From the NCBI GenBank assembly GCA_951406725.2, contig OX597824.1:58280001-58344000 (forward strand): a stretch of 64,000 nucleotides of DNA. The letters run 5' to 3'. Below, piece by piece: positions 1-13,099 of this stretch. The DNA is from Octopus vulgaris. Taxonomy: Eukaryota. Each line of letters begins with the position of its first letter. Position 1 is the first letter of the stretch. Made by a program: the position numbers and the translations under genes. The notes under the pieces were generated by a model that was given only the letters and a program-made list of their open reading frames with translations, was not told the DNA's origin and searched no databases.

Positions 1-45
<45 letters not shown>

Positions 46-780
46 TTAGGTCGTCAAGTATGAAATTTGTGGTAAGGTATATGGTAAACTTTGACAGCTG
101 TTCATTTTGCGCCATTATTATATTTTGACAATCTTTATTTTTTTGTTAGAAAGCTGACACATTTATTTCTTTATTCTAACTCACTTTGCGCTTTGTAAAG
201 TATTTATAAATCGTTTTTGGTATTTTTGTTTAGAGATGGATAAGTCGAAAAGTCGTACCGTTTTGAAATTTCTTTCTTCGGAATACAGCATCACAGACAG
301 CTCGGAATATTTATGGAGTATTTCATTCTAATGTTATTTTATAATGTTATTACACAGCAGAGAGTATCAAATTGGTTTGCAAAATTTCGTTCTGGTAACT
401 TTGACCTCACAAAACAAAATTCATCAAAAGAAGCTTATGGTGTGTGTTTGGTGGTCTGGCGCAGGTGTGATCCATTATGATTTCATTAAACCTGGCTCAT
501 CAATCACGGCCAAAGTATACTGCAGCCACTTTGACCAAATGATGCAGGAACTTCGAAAAAAACAGCCTAGATTAGTCAACAGATCCACTCCAATTTTATT
601 GCAAGACAGCGCCAGAAAACACATCGCAAAAATGACATTGGCGAAACTACAGGAGCTGGAGTTGGAAGTTATCCACCATCCACCATACTCACCTGATCTT
701 CTCCCACTGACTATCACTTCTTCCAGAAATTGGATAACGTTTTGATAGAGAACAAATTAAATTCTGACGATGCTGTCTGA
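46..780 (+). mobile_element. Mariner (Tc1/mariner) transposon remnant, internally deleted
   Basis: TIR-like start TTAGGTCG after TA. ATG at ~236 gives a mariner-type N-terminus (MDKSKSR..., TARNI, WFAKFRSGNFDL), then jumps to the catalytic region KKLMVCVWW...ILLQDSAR.H...HPPYSPDL (ORF 344-745). Frameshifted. Confidence 0.9.
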
Positions 781-944
781 AAGCTGGGCCTGTCGTCAAT
801 GGTATTTTAACCACAATTTGGAACCAAATTTACAGTCCCAATGACTGTGTAACGGCTTCCACATTGTCCCTTGTGTTAGATTTTGCGTATATTTCTGTGC
901 GTATCTACAGTTATATGTACATGAAATATATATTATATATGCAT

Positions 945-984
<40 letters not shown>

Positions 985-1190
985 GTTATATATATATGTA
1001 TATATATATATATATATACATGTATGTAAATATTATATATATACATATATGTATACGTGCACACACATACATACACACACACAAATACACACATACATAC
1101 ACACACGCACATTATGTATTGCATACAAATTACATATCCTCTTCACTTAAAAATGCTTTTGACATGCAACTTCTTTTCTTAATTTTTCAG

Positions 1191-1245
1191 TTTGAAAGAC
1201 GAAACTTGCGGATATGAAGTGAGGAATTCAAGCAATGTAACGCAT
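1191..1245 (+). CDS. Probable penultimate coding exon of an unidentified host gene (xLKDETCGYEVRNSSNVTH)
   Basis: Pyrimidine tract plus TTTTTCAG acceptor and a perfect GTAAGT donor. Only one open frame, which ends in phase 0. Confidence 0.6.
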
Positions 1246-1303
1246 GTAAGTCATTTTAGAGATTCATTATATCTATCTATATGTATATCTGTATATCTAT
1301 CTA

Positions 1304-1376
<73 letters not shown>

Positions 1377-1440
1377 GTGTCTGTATGTCTGTCTCTCTCT
1401 GTCACTCTCTCTCTCTCCACACACACACACACACATACAT

Positions 1441-1693
1441 AAACTTGCTTTCCAACCACATGGTTCCAGGTTCAATCCCACTGCGTGGCACCTTCGGCTA
1501 GAGGTTTGTGCTATAGCCTCGAGCCAACCCAAGCCCTCTGAGTGGATTTGGTAGGCGAAAACTGAAAGAAACCCGCCGTATATATATATATATATATACA
1601 AAGAATAAGTCCCGGGGTCGATTTGTTCGACTAAAGGTGGTGCTCCAGCATGGCCGCAGTCACATGACTGAAACAAGTAAAAGAGTAAAAGAG
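1441..1693 (+). mobile_element. tRNA-derived SINE family A, truncated and internally deleted
   Basis: B-box GGTTCAATCCC. Body and 3' tail (CAGCATGGCCGCAGTC...TGACTGAAACAAGTAAAAGAG) shared with 7986-8398 and 58678-59089. Confidence 0.85.
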
Positions 1694-1696
1694 TAA

Positions 1697-1751
<55 letters not shown>

Positions 1752-2519
1752 ATCTTATATATCTTTCTTAATCTATCTATGTGTCTCTCTACACACCGTT
1801 CTTTCTCTGTTACCTTACTTCTAAGCATCGGGACTAATTGCATATATGTTCTCCTTTATGCACGTTGCTCGTACACATATTGTCCTCTGGGTTTATTCTT
1901 ACCTCTATCAATATTCACCAGTTTCATCGAATTCCTTCTGAACCCTATTTATCATTACATCCCATTAATATATCAACTTTAAATCCTTCCCTCGTTGCCT
2001 TCAAGTTGCGCTCCAATCTCATCCTATTCTGTGCTGATAACGGTAAAGCTGAGCATAATATATTATTATTCTCATTCATATATTTGACATTGCCAACTAT
2101 CGATTTCAGCTTTATATTCCTTCCTTACAAATCGAACCGATGCCTGTCAAGGCATCGTTATATATTAATCTACCAAACTGCGTCCAGTAGATCAACTAAA
2201 GTCTCCGTACTAAACTTCCGAAGTCATCTTTCTTGAAATTCTGACCTCAAATCTTACCATGATCAAATTAAGGCTTTCGTCAAGATGAGAATCGAAAATC
2301 ATTTCCCTACATTTTATGGACGGTATTTGGGTGGGTATGGGGGCAAAATAAAATATATTGTCATTTATGTAGTGTAATATTGATTCTAGAAAGTATGATA
2401 TTTCTTGTTTAATGCCTTCGCGTCTATAAATGTTTGGGCTTGTGTAAATATAAGTAACTGTAATTTATCTTTTATAATTCCATTTTACAGCTTCTCCCAC
2501 AAACTTTGTCGCAATATTC

Positions 2520-2585
<66 letters not shown>

Positions 2586-2586
2586 C

Positions 2587-2618
<32 letters not shown>

Positions 2619-2808
2619 ATGCATGCATGTATGTATGTATGTATGTATGTATGTATGTATGTATGTATGTATGTATGTATGTATGTATGTATTATGCATG
2701 CTTGTATGTATTTATGTATGTATGTATGTGTGATGTGTGCGTGTGTATAAAAATACATATATATATATAATTTTAAATATAATATTTTTCTTTTTTTCTA
2801 TTTTTCAG

Positions 2809-2862
2809 TTTTCTGAGACAGCGTCTTTGGGAAACCTGGTAAATGTTTCCAACACGGCATAA
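2809..2862 (+). CDS. Probable terminal coding exon (FSETASLGNLVNVSNTA*)
   Basis: Long polypyrimidine tract plus TTTTTCAG. Phase 0 matches exon 1191-1245 and reads to TAA at 2860-2862. Confidence 0.55.
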   Translation, partial: FSETASLGNLVNVSNTA

Positions 2863-4445
2863 AATATACAAAACAAACGAAAAAATCCCACAAAAACAAG
2901 ACAAACTTCTCCATTTTATTTTTCCTCGAAAGCATTTAAAGCTTTTTTCAAACAAGGAAAATAGCAAATTAAAAAAGAAATATATAAATGAAAAGAGGAA
3001 AAGAGAAGACATTCTTTTAAGTGAGAACTGAGAACAAAGAAACATTTGTTGTAAATAACGAATTTTTAAAAAAAAATAAACATGAATACATTTAAAAAAA
3101 AAGAGTGAAATATATATATAAATAAAATAAACACAAAGAATTACAAAAGAATGCAAAAAACGAACGAAGGAGGACATTTTGAAATGGATAACAAGGATTA
3201 CATACACACAGAGTGATTATTATTATTATTATTGTTATTATTTTGATTATTAGTAGTACTGCGATTATGTCTACTACAACTGCTGCTACATTCTTCTACA
3301 GTAACAGAAACAGCAGCAAGAAACATAGCACTTTTAAGATTGTGAAGATTTGCCTGGAACTTAACCATCCATTAAGATATCTTCTACGAAGATTATGTGG
3401 AGAAAACTGGCGGGGCTGAGTGTTGGCAAAAAGAAAAAAAATAAGATGGAAATTAATGAACTGCATACATCTTTTTTTAATTAAAAAACCGTCTTAATTA
3501 TAATACTGTTTACAAAATACTAAACAAAAACTTTCAAAAGAGAGAAAATGAACAGCTAGACCTTCAAGAACTGATTAATGTCAATGATACTTAGAATAAT
3601 GATTGCTAATGATTATGATAGTTGTAGCCACAACATGTGGCTATACGAAACATGAAATGGTAATGGAGTGTGTCCAAGGATGGCTGAAACTAATGTGATT
3701 ACTGTTATTTTGTTTTGTTAAACACTGGTACTTACCACACACACACACACACAGCCACACACACGCACACACAGACACACACCAACATACACACACACAC
3801 ACTCCTCCTCCACTCTCTCTACCTCTCCCTGTCTCTCTATCTCTCACGTAATACATATTTATGTGTATATGAATCCATATGTATTTATGAGCGTTTACGT
3901 GAAACATTTTTTGCATGAAATACATAATTTGGTAAAGCATAAAGAAAAGAACTATGACACAAAGCGCATTCAAAAAATAACGAAGCATCAAAAGCGAACA
4001 GCAATAACAACAACAGTAACGACAACAACAATAACAACAAAATCAACAACAACAACAAGGTATACTCTTTGTGTTAACAGTGTAATAAGGGCAAAATATT
4101 TCATGAAGTTAAATATCAATAACAAAGCAACCGGAAACAAAGGCCCACACATCTACAAAAACATTGTCTTGTAATGGATACAAGAATACAAATGCACTTT
4201 ACACACTGAAGAACACCAATAATAACAATAATAATAATTAAAAGACAAGCATATTTTGAAAGCGGTAATAAAATTTATATGAAAGACGCAAAAAATTAAC
4301 AACAATACAATAATAATAATAATAACAACAACAATAACAACAACAACAATAATAATAACAGCAAAAACAATGACAACAGTTACATTTACTCTCTTACGTT
4401 AACATGTGAAAACGAAGTATAAAATAAAAGACAAATAATTATTGT
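2863..4445 (+). other. Candidate 3' UTR
   Basis: A-rich sequence with no recognised TE after the stop codon. AATAAA at 4423-4428 (earlier AATAAA sites also exist). End uncertain. Confidence 0.3.
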
Positions 4446-4670
4446 ACCATTTAATGATCGATAATATGAGTATATACACACCGCATACGCATATGCACAT
4501 ACACAGATATATGTTTAGATTTTATACATACATACATACGTATATATGATATATATATATATATATGTGTGTGTATATGTGTATATATATATAATTATTT
4601 GTATATACATATACATATATATATACATATATATATATACATATATATATACATAAATGTATGTATATGC

Positions 4671-4711
<41 letters not shown>

Positions 4712-4754
4712 TCTTTTCAGGATTAAATAAAAAGACAACAGAAAATATGACATA

Positions 4755-4799
<45 letters not shown>

Positions 4800-4846
4800 A
4801 AAAAGTGTATAGTAAATAATCATATATATATATACATATATATATT

Positions 4847-4933
<87 letters not shown>

Positions 4934-4962
4934 AAAAAAGGAGATGTCGAACACGAGTGGTG

Positions 4963-5171
4963 ATATATAAAAGGAAATGAAGAAAATGCTGACAAATAAT
5001 TGAAGTAATTTAAGTAATTTAATTAAGTGAAAGTTCTTTTTACCGGTTGCGCATTTGTTATGCTTATCATATTTTGATAAGCATAACAAATGCGCAACCG
5101 GTAAAAAGAACTTTCACCTAATTAAATTACTTAAATTACTTCAATTATTTGTCAGCATTTTCTTCATTTCC

Positions 5172-5182
<11 letters not shown>
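4963..5182. repeat. Fold-back palindrome (~107 bp arms) in (TA)n, with a hammerhead-like variant
   Basis: 4963-5069 is the near-perfect reverse complement of 5075-5182. Confidence 0.92.
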
Positions 5183-5222
<40 letters not shown>

Positions 5223-5354
5223 GACAGTTTAGAAAATTTCAGATTTTCATTTTCGCTTTGGCGTATGATAAGATAGTTGCCCTGAGTGTGAGAAACGTAT
5301 ATCTATGTGTGTGTATGTATATTTAGACGTGTGTATGTATATTTATAGCTATAC

Positions 5355-5413
<59 letters not shown>

Positions 5414-7985
5414 GTATACATTTATATCTCATAGTTTTGTGTGTATATTTGCAAGTGTATATATATGAGAATGCACAATACAGTGTTTTTTATTTATATA
5501 TTTCCTCTTTGGATGAATTTGACTAGAAATTAATGAATGACAATGCACATATAAACATACATGAATATATATATATGTATGCGTGTACATGTATATGTGT
5601 GTGTATGTTTGGATACGTGTATATATACGCCTATGTCTGTGTATGTTTGGGTATGTGTATATATACGTGCGTGTGTGTGTATGTGTGTTCATCAATTTCA
5701 AAATTGTGTCTTTATCGACATGAGAGAACACATGATATAAAAATCTGACATAGATAAAATTGTCTCTCTTGCCCTGAAAGTGGGGTAGTTTATCAGATAT
5801 CTCAAGTTCTAAAGTTTGTTCCCGTTCTGTGAAAACCTGCGCCTTTTGTTTTCAGAATTAAGTCCATCTCTCTTTGCGCAGCAACATACACTATGCAAGA
5901 AGCGTATAATGTAGTCATTTTTGTAGAAATATGATTTCAGCTTCGATCTGAATCAAGTTTTTACGCACTGAATGTTATTCCAATATTGACTAGACGCGGC
6001 TGGCTCGTGGTTGAAGATGAAATCACTTTGCGTCAGGTGAATAACTTTGGGAAAGAGAGAGTTGACTAAATCCTTAAAAAGCAATATGGAGATTTCCACT
6101 TGAAGAAAAAGGAATCTAGACTTTCATCATCACCATCATCATCAACATATATATATATATATATAATTATATATATATATATGTATGTATGCACGTATAT
6201 ATGTATGAATGTATGTATATAAAGTAATGTGCACTTTTTGGTTTCGAGGATGGCTGGGAACAATTCGAGAAAGATTCCATCAAGAAGAGTGGTTATTAAA
6301 ACTTTCGACAAAACCAAAACGTAAGAACGGACGGTAAAGTTTAAGTTGAATACAAAATGAAGAGAAGGTGAAGAAGTGTAGCTGGACGTGCATGTGGAGT
6401 CAGTGAAAGAATGAATGAGTGAAAGAACGAGTATAAGAATAATATATATATTGTCACTTTGTTCTAATGTTATTCAAATTCCTTTTATTGAACATATTTC
6501 GGTGGGAATGGGTGGGTCTGTTTGTTTTTTTTTTCTTATAAGATTGTTTTTTTTCAAATTTCTTTTGACTTATTAGAACATCATTTTCATTGGTTTATTA
6601 TTAAACAGCGAAGACACTTCTGAGAACTGGTCACACAGTATTAAAAGCAAAAATCTACATTGCGTTCCTTTCTTAATTTAAAAAAAAAAAACTATTCTGT
6701 AAAATTTCATTCGTTTCTTTTGCTCACATAAAGAAAGAGGTTTCATTATTTTCTAAGCACATCGCATCCCCACCCTACATATTCACCCATAAAGTCGCTT
6801 GCAAAATCTTCCGCTTTCCTTTCTTTTTGGTTAATAGACGTAAATAAAAACATACCAGAAGCTGAATCTGTAGAATTTTGAATACAAATTCCCACACTCA
6901 AGCCATTCTTTTTCTCTATGCTTCTCTCTCTCTCCCCACCTCTCTCTTTCCCTCACACACCCGCTTACAGGCACACACTCTCATACACATACATGCATTT
7001 ATGTTGTGGGTGACAAAATTAAGACAGAGTACTCAATATCTGTATAGAATTCTTATTTCTCAGGAGGGAGCTAATGAGTTACTCTGTTATTATGGTATTG
7101 TCTACATTCAGTTTCTTCCAAACCGTACAAACCATAGCCCTGCTTACATGGTCGCAGTAGTTCCAAGAAATATCAGCTCGGTTTTCTTCAAATCAAGATC
7201 TATCGATTCAAAAAGTTTCACTGTTTTACTTTTACGGTAAACCATTAGATAAAATAAATGCACTGTGGTCACAGCTGGAACGTTTTTATTATGAAGCTGC
7301 TAGGTCAAACCGGACCTGGGCTTATACTACGATTGTGACCACAACATCAAGAACAACAATTACTATTTTTCGACGAGATCTTAGAATTGTAAATTTAATC
7401 GACTGAGTTGTCCCTGAATATGATTGATATTTAAACAGGATTAGAGGAATATAGTGCAGTATTGACCTCTGCAGGACTTGAATCGAGAAAGAAGAGAGAT
7501 CACAGTATAAGCAGATAGGTAGGATACCACATGTTTTTAGTAACTTGATTGGACGGATTATTCAGTTAAATCCATTCGAAGGATTTGAACTCGGAACGTA
7601 AAGGACAAATAAAATTCTCTACCAATTCTACCATCGACTTATTTTTCTAGAAGAGAAATCCGTTGTAAAGATTGTAGATTGTGAGCATCGTTAAAGCAAA
7701 GAAAGGAAAAACTTTGCAGTGTTTGCTTTCGACTCTTTACCCCCAAATTTCAAATCTTACTAATGTCCACTTTGCCTTTCAATTCATTTCATTAGGATCA
7801 GTCAACTTGGACCGTGCAATTCAATTGGAAACCAAAACTGGATCTAGTAGATAATGTTTTCAAAGAACTGTCCCTGATTTGGATAAATACTATTAAGTAT
7901 TCCAAGTCAAATCACTGTACAGAAAGACAGATAAAGGTATGACGTATATAGATATATGTGTGGAAGGGATCCGAGTAAAAATATT

Positions 7986-8398
7986 ACTCTTTTACTTGTT
8001 TCAGTCATTTGACTGCAGCCATGCTGGATCACCGCCTTTAGTCGAGCAAATCAGCCCCGGGACTTATTCTTTGTAAGCCCAGTACTTATTCTATCGGTCT
8101 TTTTTGCCGAACCGCTAAGTGACGGGGACGTAAACACACCAGCATCGGTTGTCAAGCAATGCTAGGGGGACAAACACAAACACGCAAACACATACACACA
8201 CATACATACATATATATATATATATACATATATACGACAGGCTTCTTTCAGTTTCCGTCTACAAAATTCACTCACAAGGCATTGGTCGGCTCGGGGGCTA
8301 TAGCAGAAGACACTTGCCCAAGATGCCACACAGTGGGACTGAACCTGGAACCATGTGGTTGGTTAGCAAGCTACTTACCACACAGCCACTCCTGCGCC
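7986..8398 (-). mobile_element. tRNA-derived SINE family A, full length
   Basis: Minus strand starts GGCGCAGGAGTGGCTGTGTGGTAAG (A-box) and has GGTTCAGTCCC (B-box). Internal TA/TG microsatellite. Nearly identical to 58678-59089. Confidence 0.92.
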
Positions 8399-8949
8399 TG
8401 TAAACAAATTATAAGATATTTATACAGAGATTCTAATGCATTCACACTGGAACACACACACACACGCACACACACAATAGTAGAATCTGAATCTTCTTCA
8501 ACGTAACTCCGAGTTTCAAGTTACCGATTGTTGAAGCGTAAATAAAAAAGTATTCCCAAATATATTCTCGAACACGTTGAAATATGATTTGTTAACAGGA
8601 TATCAAGAATTGCTCATATAATGAAAACAAAAAAAAACGTTAGAAAATGTGTTACATATTCATCTATTTACTATCATGTTCAGAACACGTGGTGCTTTCG
8701 TCAAATCACTTGCAAAAATATTGCTTCTTTGTCTTTTAGTACTCTTTGTATAAAACATGCATTGGGAAGGGAGGCAACTCGTGTTGATGTTGGTTTGATA
8801 TTGATGAAAATATTTACGCTTTAAATTATTTGGCCACGATCCAAGACAAATCCATTGCATAGAAAATCAAGTATTTCATTCAATTTATATCGGAAACTTC
8901 TTAACAAATAGTGATAAAAGTGCCAATATCAGATCATTGTAATAATGGT

Positions 8950-9095
8950 TACAAAGTGTGGCACAAGGCCAACAGTTTTTGAGGTATGGGGAAGTCGATT
9001 TCATCGACCCCGGTACTTGACAGACACTTATTTTATCGACTAGGAAATGATGAAAAGCAAAGTCGACCTCGACGGAATTTGAACTCAGACGAAAA
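8950..9095 (-). mobile_element. SINE family B, partial
   Basis: Minus strand GAGTTCAAATTCC...GTCGACTTTGCTTTTCATC...GTCGATAAAATAAGT, repeated elsewhere in the window. Confidence 0.75.
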
Positions 9096-9537
9096 GCCTC
9101 AAAGAACGATCCTTAACTCTTTCAACATGGTAATGAACGTTCGTCTTAGCATCATTGACTGAGTGGCTAATTTATCGATCGCAAAGGGACCGACCCATCC
9201 CGGTAAAGACCTAACTCTATGAAAATAGTATTTTCAGCAGTAGGTCGAATATATACAAATTCCAATCAATTCACAACACTCCGACCTGTCGCAGGATACG
9301 ATGCATATATCAAACAATAACTGAGCATTGCGTTTCACCAAATCAGAATAATAGTATAACCGCAAAGACCTTCAAGCGTGCCTGAGAACAGTATTATCAA
9401 ACCATTAGTTGAAAGAAAATACGAAATTTAAAGTTTTCAAAACACGCATACATTTGTGTGTGCGTGTTTATGTGCTTGTCTGTAAAAATGTCTCTGTCTG
9501 GCTGTCTGATTCTGTCTCTCTTTCTCTCCCTCTCTTT

Positions 9538-9599
<62 letters not shown>

Positions 9600-9603
<4 letters not shown>

Positions 9604-9765
9604 GACGGGCTTCTTTTAGTTTTCGCCTATCAAATTCACTCACAAGGCTTTGGTCAGCTCGAGGTTATAGTAGAAGACACTTGTCCAAGGTGCCACGCAG
9701 TGGGATTGAACCTGGAACCATGTCGTTGGGAAGCAAACTTCTTATCATTCAGCCAGTCATGCGCC

Positions 9766-9766
<1 letters not shown>
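9600..9766 (-). mobile_element. SINE family A, 5' half
   Basis: Matches the head half of 7986-8398. Confidence 0.82.
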
Positions 9767-9796
<30 letters not shown>

Positions 9797-10254
9797 ATGA
9801 TGACGATAACGATTTTTTTTATGAAAGCTGAGTGAAATAAATCGTTTGGTTCGAAACTATACTATTTGGCTTTATTAATTCATATAACTTGTGTAAACAG
9901 TAGCTGTGGAAGGTGTTCCAAGTATTTAAACTATATTACAATATTAGTTTCAGTACACGGGAGGACATGAATGACAGAATCATGGAAGGGAATGATTTCA
10001 AATGTACTTTTGCCAGAAAATCAATACTAGAATTAATATATTTTAGGAGTGTCAATTCTTTAATACCGAAAGTAAAAAAAAAAAGTTTGCAATGTCAACA
10101 CCATAGCGGTAAGGAAATACCTGTCTAGGGACATTTTCGCTCATGAAAGTCTGTCGAACAAAGAAGGTTAAAATGGCAATATAAAAATCTTACAAGGTAG
10201 AGTAAAATTTGAATAATATCTACCCTGTAATTTCGTTTGTGATACATGACACTT

Positions 10255-10615
10255 CTGGGTGACTAAGGGCTGAGTAATTAAGGCATTCCTTACGAAAACA
10301 CGTAGTTTTGGGTTCCTGCCATCTGGTAGCTTGGATCTTGGCCGAATGTTTTATATCATAGTCCCGAGCTGACCAAAGCCTTGTGAGTGAATTTCAAACA
10401 TGTAAACTGTTTTGAAAGCCCGTCACAAACATGCACACACACGCGCGCGCATATATTTGTATGCGTGTGTGGATGTGTATCCTTGTGTTTGTTTCTCAGC
10501 ACTTCACAAACGGTGGCGGTTAATTTACGTCCCCATAACCAAGCAGTTCGGCCAAAATCCTATAGAATAAAATAGAATTAGCTGTAGTCCAATCAGTGAA
10601 GCAAGTAAAAGACAA
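10255..10615 (+). mobile_element. SINE family A, degenerate
   Basis: GACCAAAGCCTTGTGAGTG, TTTACGTCCCC and a tail-like GCAAGTAAAAGA. Confidence 0.6.
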
Positions 10616-10620
10616 AAGTG

Positions 10621-10663
<43 letters not shown>

Positions 10664-10677
10664 ATATATATTTTTAT

Positions 10678-10718
<41 letters not shown>

Positions 10719-10774
10719 CGGAGATGTACTCGCATAGCAAGTAATTTGATCTGAGATCGTGTGCTGAAACGAAA

Positions 10775-11069
10775 ACAATTGCAGCGTGGAAGGTGTTTAT
10801 AAGCCATTTAAGAAACACACAAAAGCCGTTCGATTCACTTCAACATTTAAGCTTAATTTGTCAAAATATTTTCGTCGCTAAAATCCGCGACCTGTTCACT
10901 GAAAAAAAATCCGTGCTGCAGCACGGATAGCACGGATTTTTGTCAGTGAACAGGTCGCGGATTTTAGCGACGAAAATATTTTGACAAATTAAACTTAAAT
11001 GTTGAAGTGAATCGGACGGCTTTTGTGTGTTTCTTAAATGGCTTATAAACACCTTCCACGCTGAAATTG

Positions 11070-11070
<1 letters not shown>
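10775..11070. repeat. Fold-back palindrome (~140 bp arms) in (TA)n
   Basis: 10775-10917 is the reverse complement of 10929-11070 with few mismatches. Confidence 0.92.
10939..10988 (+). ncRNA. Minimal type I hammerhead ribozyme, G3-C8 variant
   Basis: Stem I TTTGTCA/TGACAAA, core GTGAACA(+G), stem II GTCGC/GCGAC, GAAA, palindromic stem III AATATT. Confidence 0.6.
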
Positions 11071-11101
<31 letters not shown>

Positions 11102-11562
11102 ACAACAAGGGTTTGCAACAAGTTGCATGACCACATACCGAAAATTTTAGGAATACTAGAAAGAACTACTATTTCCTTTTTCTACATAAATATGTATTCA
11201 CAGACAACAATATTTGTAACTCACATATGGCAAAAAAAAAGAAGAAAAATTATGAAATCAAACAGTCCTCGGTTAATTATGGACGTACGTTTCTGGATTA
11301 GAATAATAAGATTCATTTCCTTTATCAACATAATATTCCGGTAAATAAATCTAGAAATGCTAGGAAAACTTACCTCTTATATTTCCGACCAGGTGTCATC
11401 GGAACATATAAAAGCTAATCAGTATATCCACATTTATATAGACAAGTGAATTCGTATTTCCCTCCAAAATGTTTTCTAACACGTGAGTCACAAATAGTAC
11501 TGCCGAAAAAAGATTCGTAGTTTTGTCGTAGGGGAGTGAAATAATCATTACAGATATAGGGT

Positions 11563-11876
11563 GAAAGATAATTAATTTAATAAAATCAACAAATTTCACC
11601 TAGTAGTATTTCGGTATGGAAAAGGACCATATTCGGTAAAAACTTATATAAGTATAACAATAAGAGTTTGCAACAAGTTGCATGACCACATACCGAAAAT
11701 ATAGTAGAAATAGTAGTCCTTTGGCTGCTATTTCTAAAATTGTCGGTATGTGGTCATGCAACTTGTTGCAAACCCTTATTGTTATAATCATATAAGTTTT
11801 TACCGAATATGGTCCTTTTCCATACCGAAATACTACTAGGTGAAATTTGTTGATTTTATTAAATTAATTATCTTTC
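11563..11876. repeat. Fold-back palindrome (~155 bp arms)
   Basis: Arms are reverse-complementary around ~11720. Part of the arm recurs directly at 11100-11145. Confidence 0.9.
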
Positions 11877-11877
11877 T

Positions 11878-11929
<52 letters not shown>

Positions 11930-12041
11930 TTAGAGACAAAACCACTATTAGGCAAATCAAACAATGAAAAACTTAAGCCAATACATAAGATTATTTAATT
12001 TATATTTAAATATATAACAAAATTATTAAAAAAATATAATT

Positions 12042-12122
12042 AATATCACACTACGATCGTTTCATGGCTGTTAATTTCTTTAAATTTTCGAGTTACAGTC
12101 ATTCATCAGGTGGTTTAAATAT
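12042..12122 (-). ncRNA. Type I hammerhead ribozyme, canonical core
   Basis: Minus strand CAC-CTGATGA-ATGACTGT...ACAGCCAT-GAAAC-GATC-GTA-GTG. Overlaps hairpin 12100-12179. Confidence 0.75.
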
Positions 12123-12279
12123 TTATCTTGGCGAAGTTTAAACCTCGTCAAGATAAATATTTAAACCACCTGATGAATGTGTTGAGTGTCACTTTCTTTC
12201 GTTTAACCACTCGCTCGCACATATATACATGTGGGTGTGAGAGAGTGCGCGCGCGTGTGTGTTGTGTGTATGTGTGTGA

Positions 12280-12565
12280 AGGCACGTGGCTTAGTAGTTA
12301 GGATATTCGGCTCACGATCGTAAGGTCTGAGTTCAAAAACCGGTGACGCGTTGTGCTTGAACAAGACACTCTATTTCACATTCATCCAGTCCATTCAGCT
12401 AACAAAAATGAATAGTACCTGTAAATCAAAGAGCCGGCCTTGTCACATTTTGTTTCACGTTGAATCTCTGAGAACTACATTGAAGGTAAGCGTGTCTGTA
12501 GATTGAGCAGGCTGATCGGATCAACTGGAACCGTTGTCGTCGTCACCGACGGAGTATCAGTAGTA
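12280..12565 (+). mobile_element. tRNA-derived SINE family C
   Basis: GTGGCTTAGTAGTTAGG A-box-like and GAGTTCAAAAACC B-box-like motifs, followed by a central-domain-like TTGAACAAGACACT...CAGTCCATTCAGCT. Confidence 0.65.
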
Positions 12566-12566
12566 T

Positions 12567-12689
<123 letters not shown>

Positions 12690-13099
12690 CTTATTAGTAT
12701 ATTTATTCCTTCAGAATAAACCAAATTTAAAACAAACACGCGAGAAAAAGAGGAAAAGATTGAGTGAGTAGCAAGGGAGTGAGAGATTATTTGATGGTGT
12801 ATATACAACTGGCAAAGTGCTTGAATATACAGTTTATAATTAATATAAATCTTTTAAAAGAATTAGACTCAGAATTCTTCACATTTTGAAATGATATATA
12901 AGCTGCCTGATTCCTATGGTTCAGTCTCAACCTAACATGTGTTTCAAGAATCGCCTTCTTTCTGCTTGCTTTCATATCCACTGCACTAATTTCAACTGTA
13001 AACGATATTCAATTTATTATATTACACATCATTTAATTCAGTTTGTTTAAGAAATCCTTTTAGAAATTTATTTTTATTCACGTTGTACAATAATTCCCG

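Noticed and set aside
1790-2320. Possible very old Penelope remnant (also 9200-9400 and 42000-42340)
   Set aside because: Only faint motif resemblance; cannot be supported without a search.
2811-2843. CTGAGA...GAAACCTGGTA hammerhead-like string
   Set aside because: The core lacks a base and stem II is poor. Better explained as exon sequence.
7986-8398. A/B boxes as tRNA genes
   Set aside because: They continue into SINE bodies, with no complete cloverleaf.
8149-8506. Recurring peptide EDTCPRCHAVGLNLEPCGW in several ORFs
   Set aside because: Antisense translation of SINE family A, not a gene family.
11378-11404. Minus-strand CCGATGA...GAAATATA hammerhead candidate
   Set aside because: U4 is altered and stems I and II are unconvincing.
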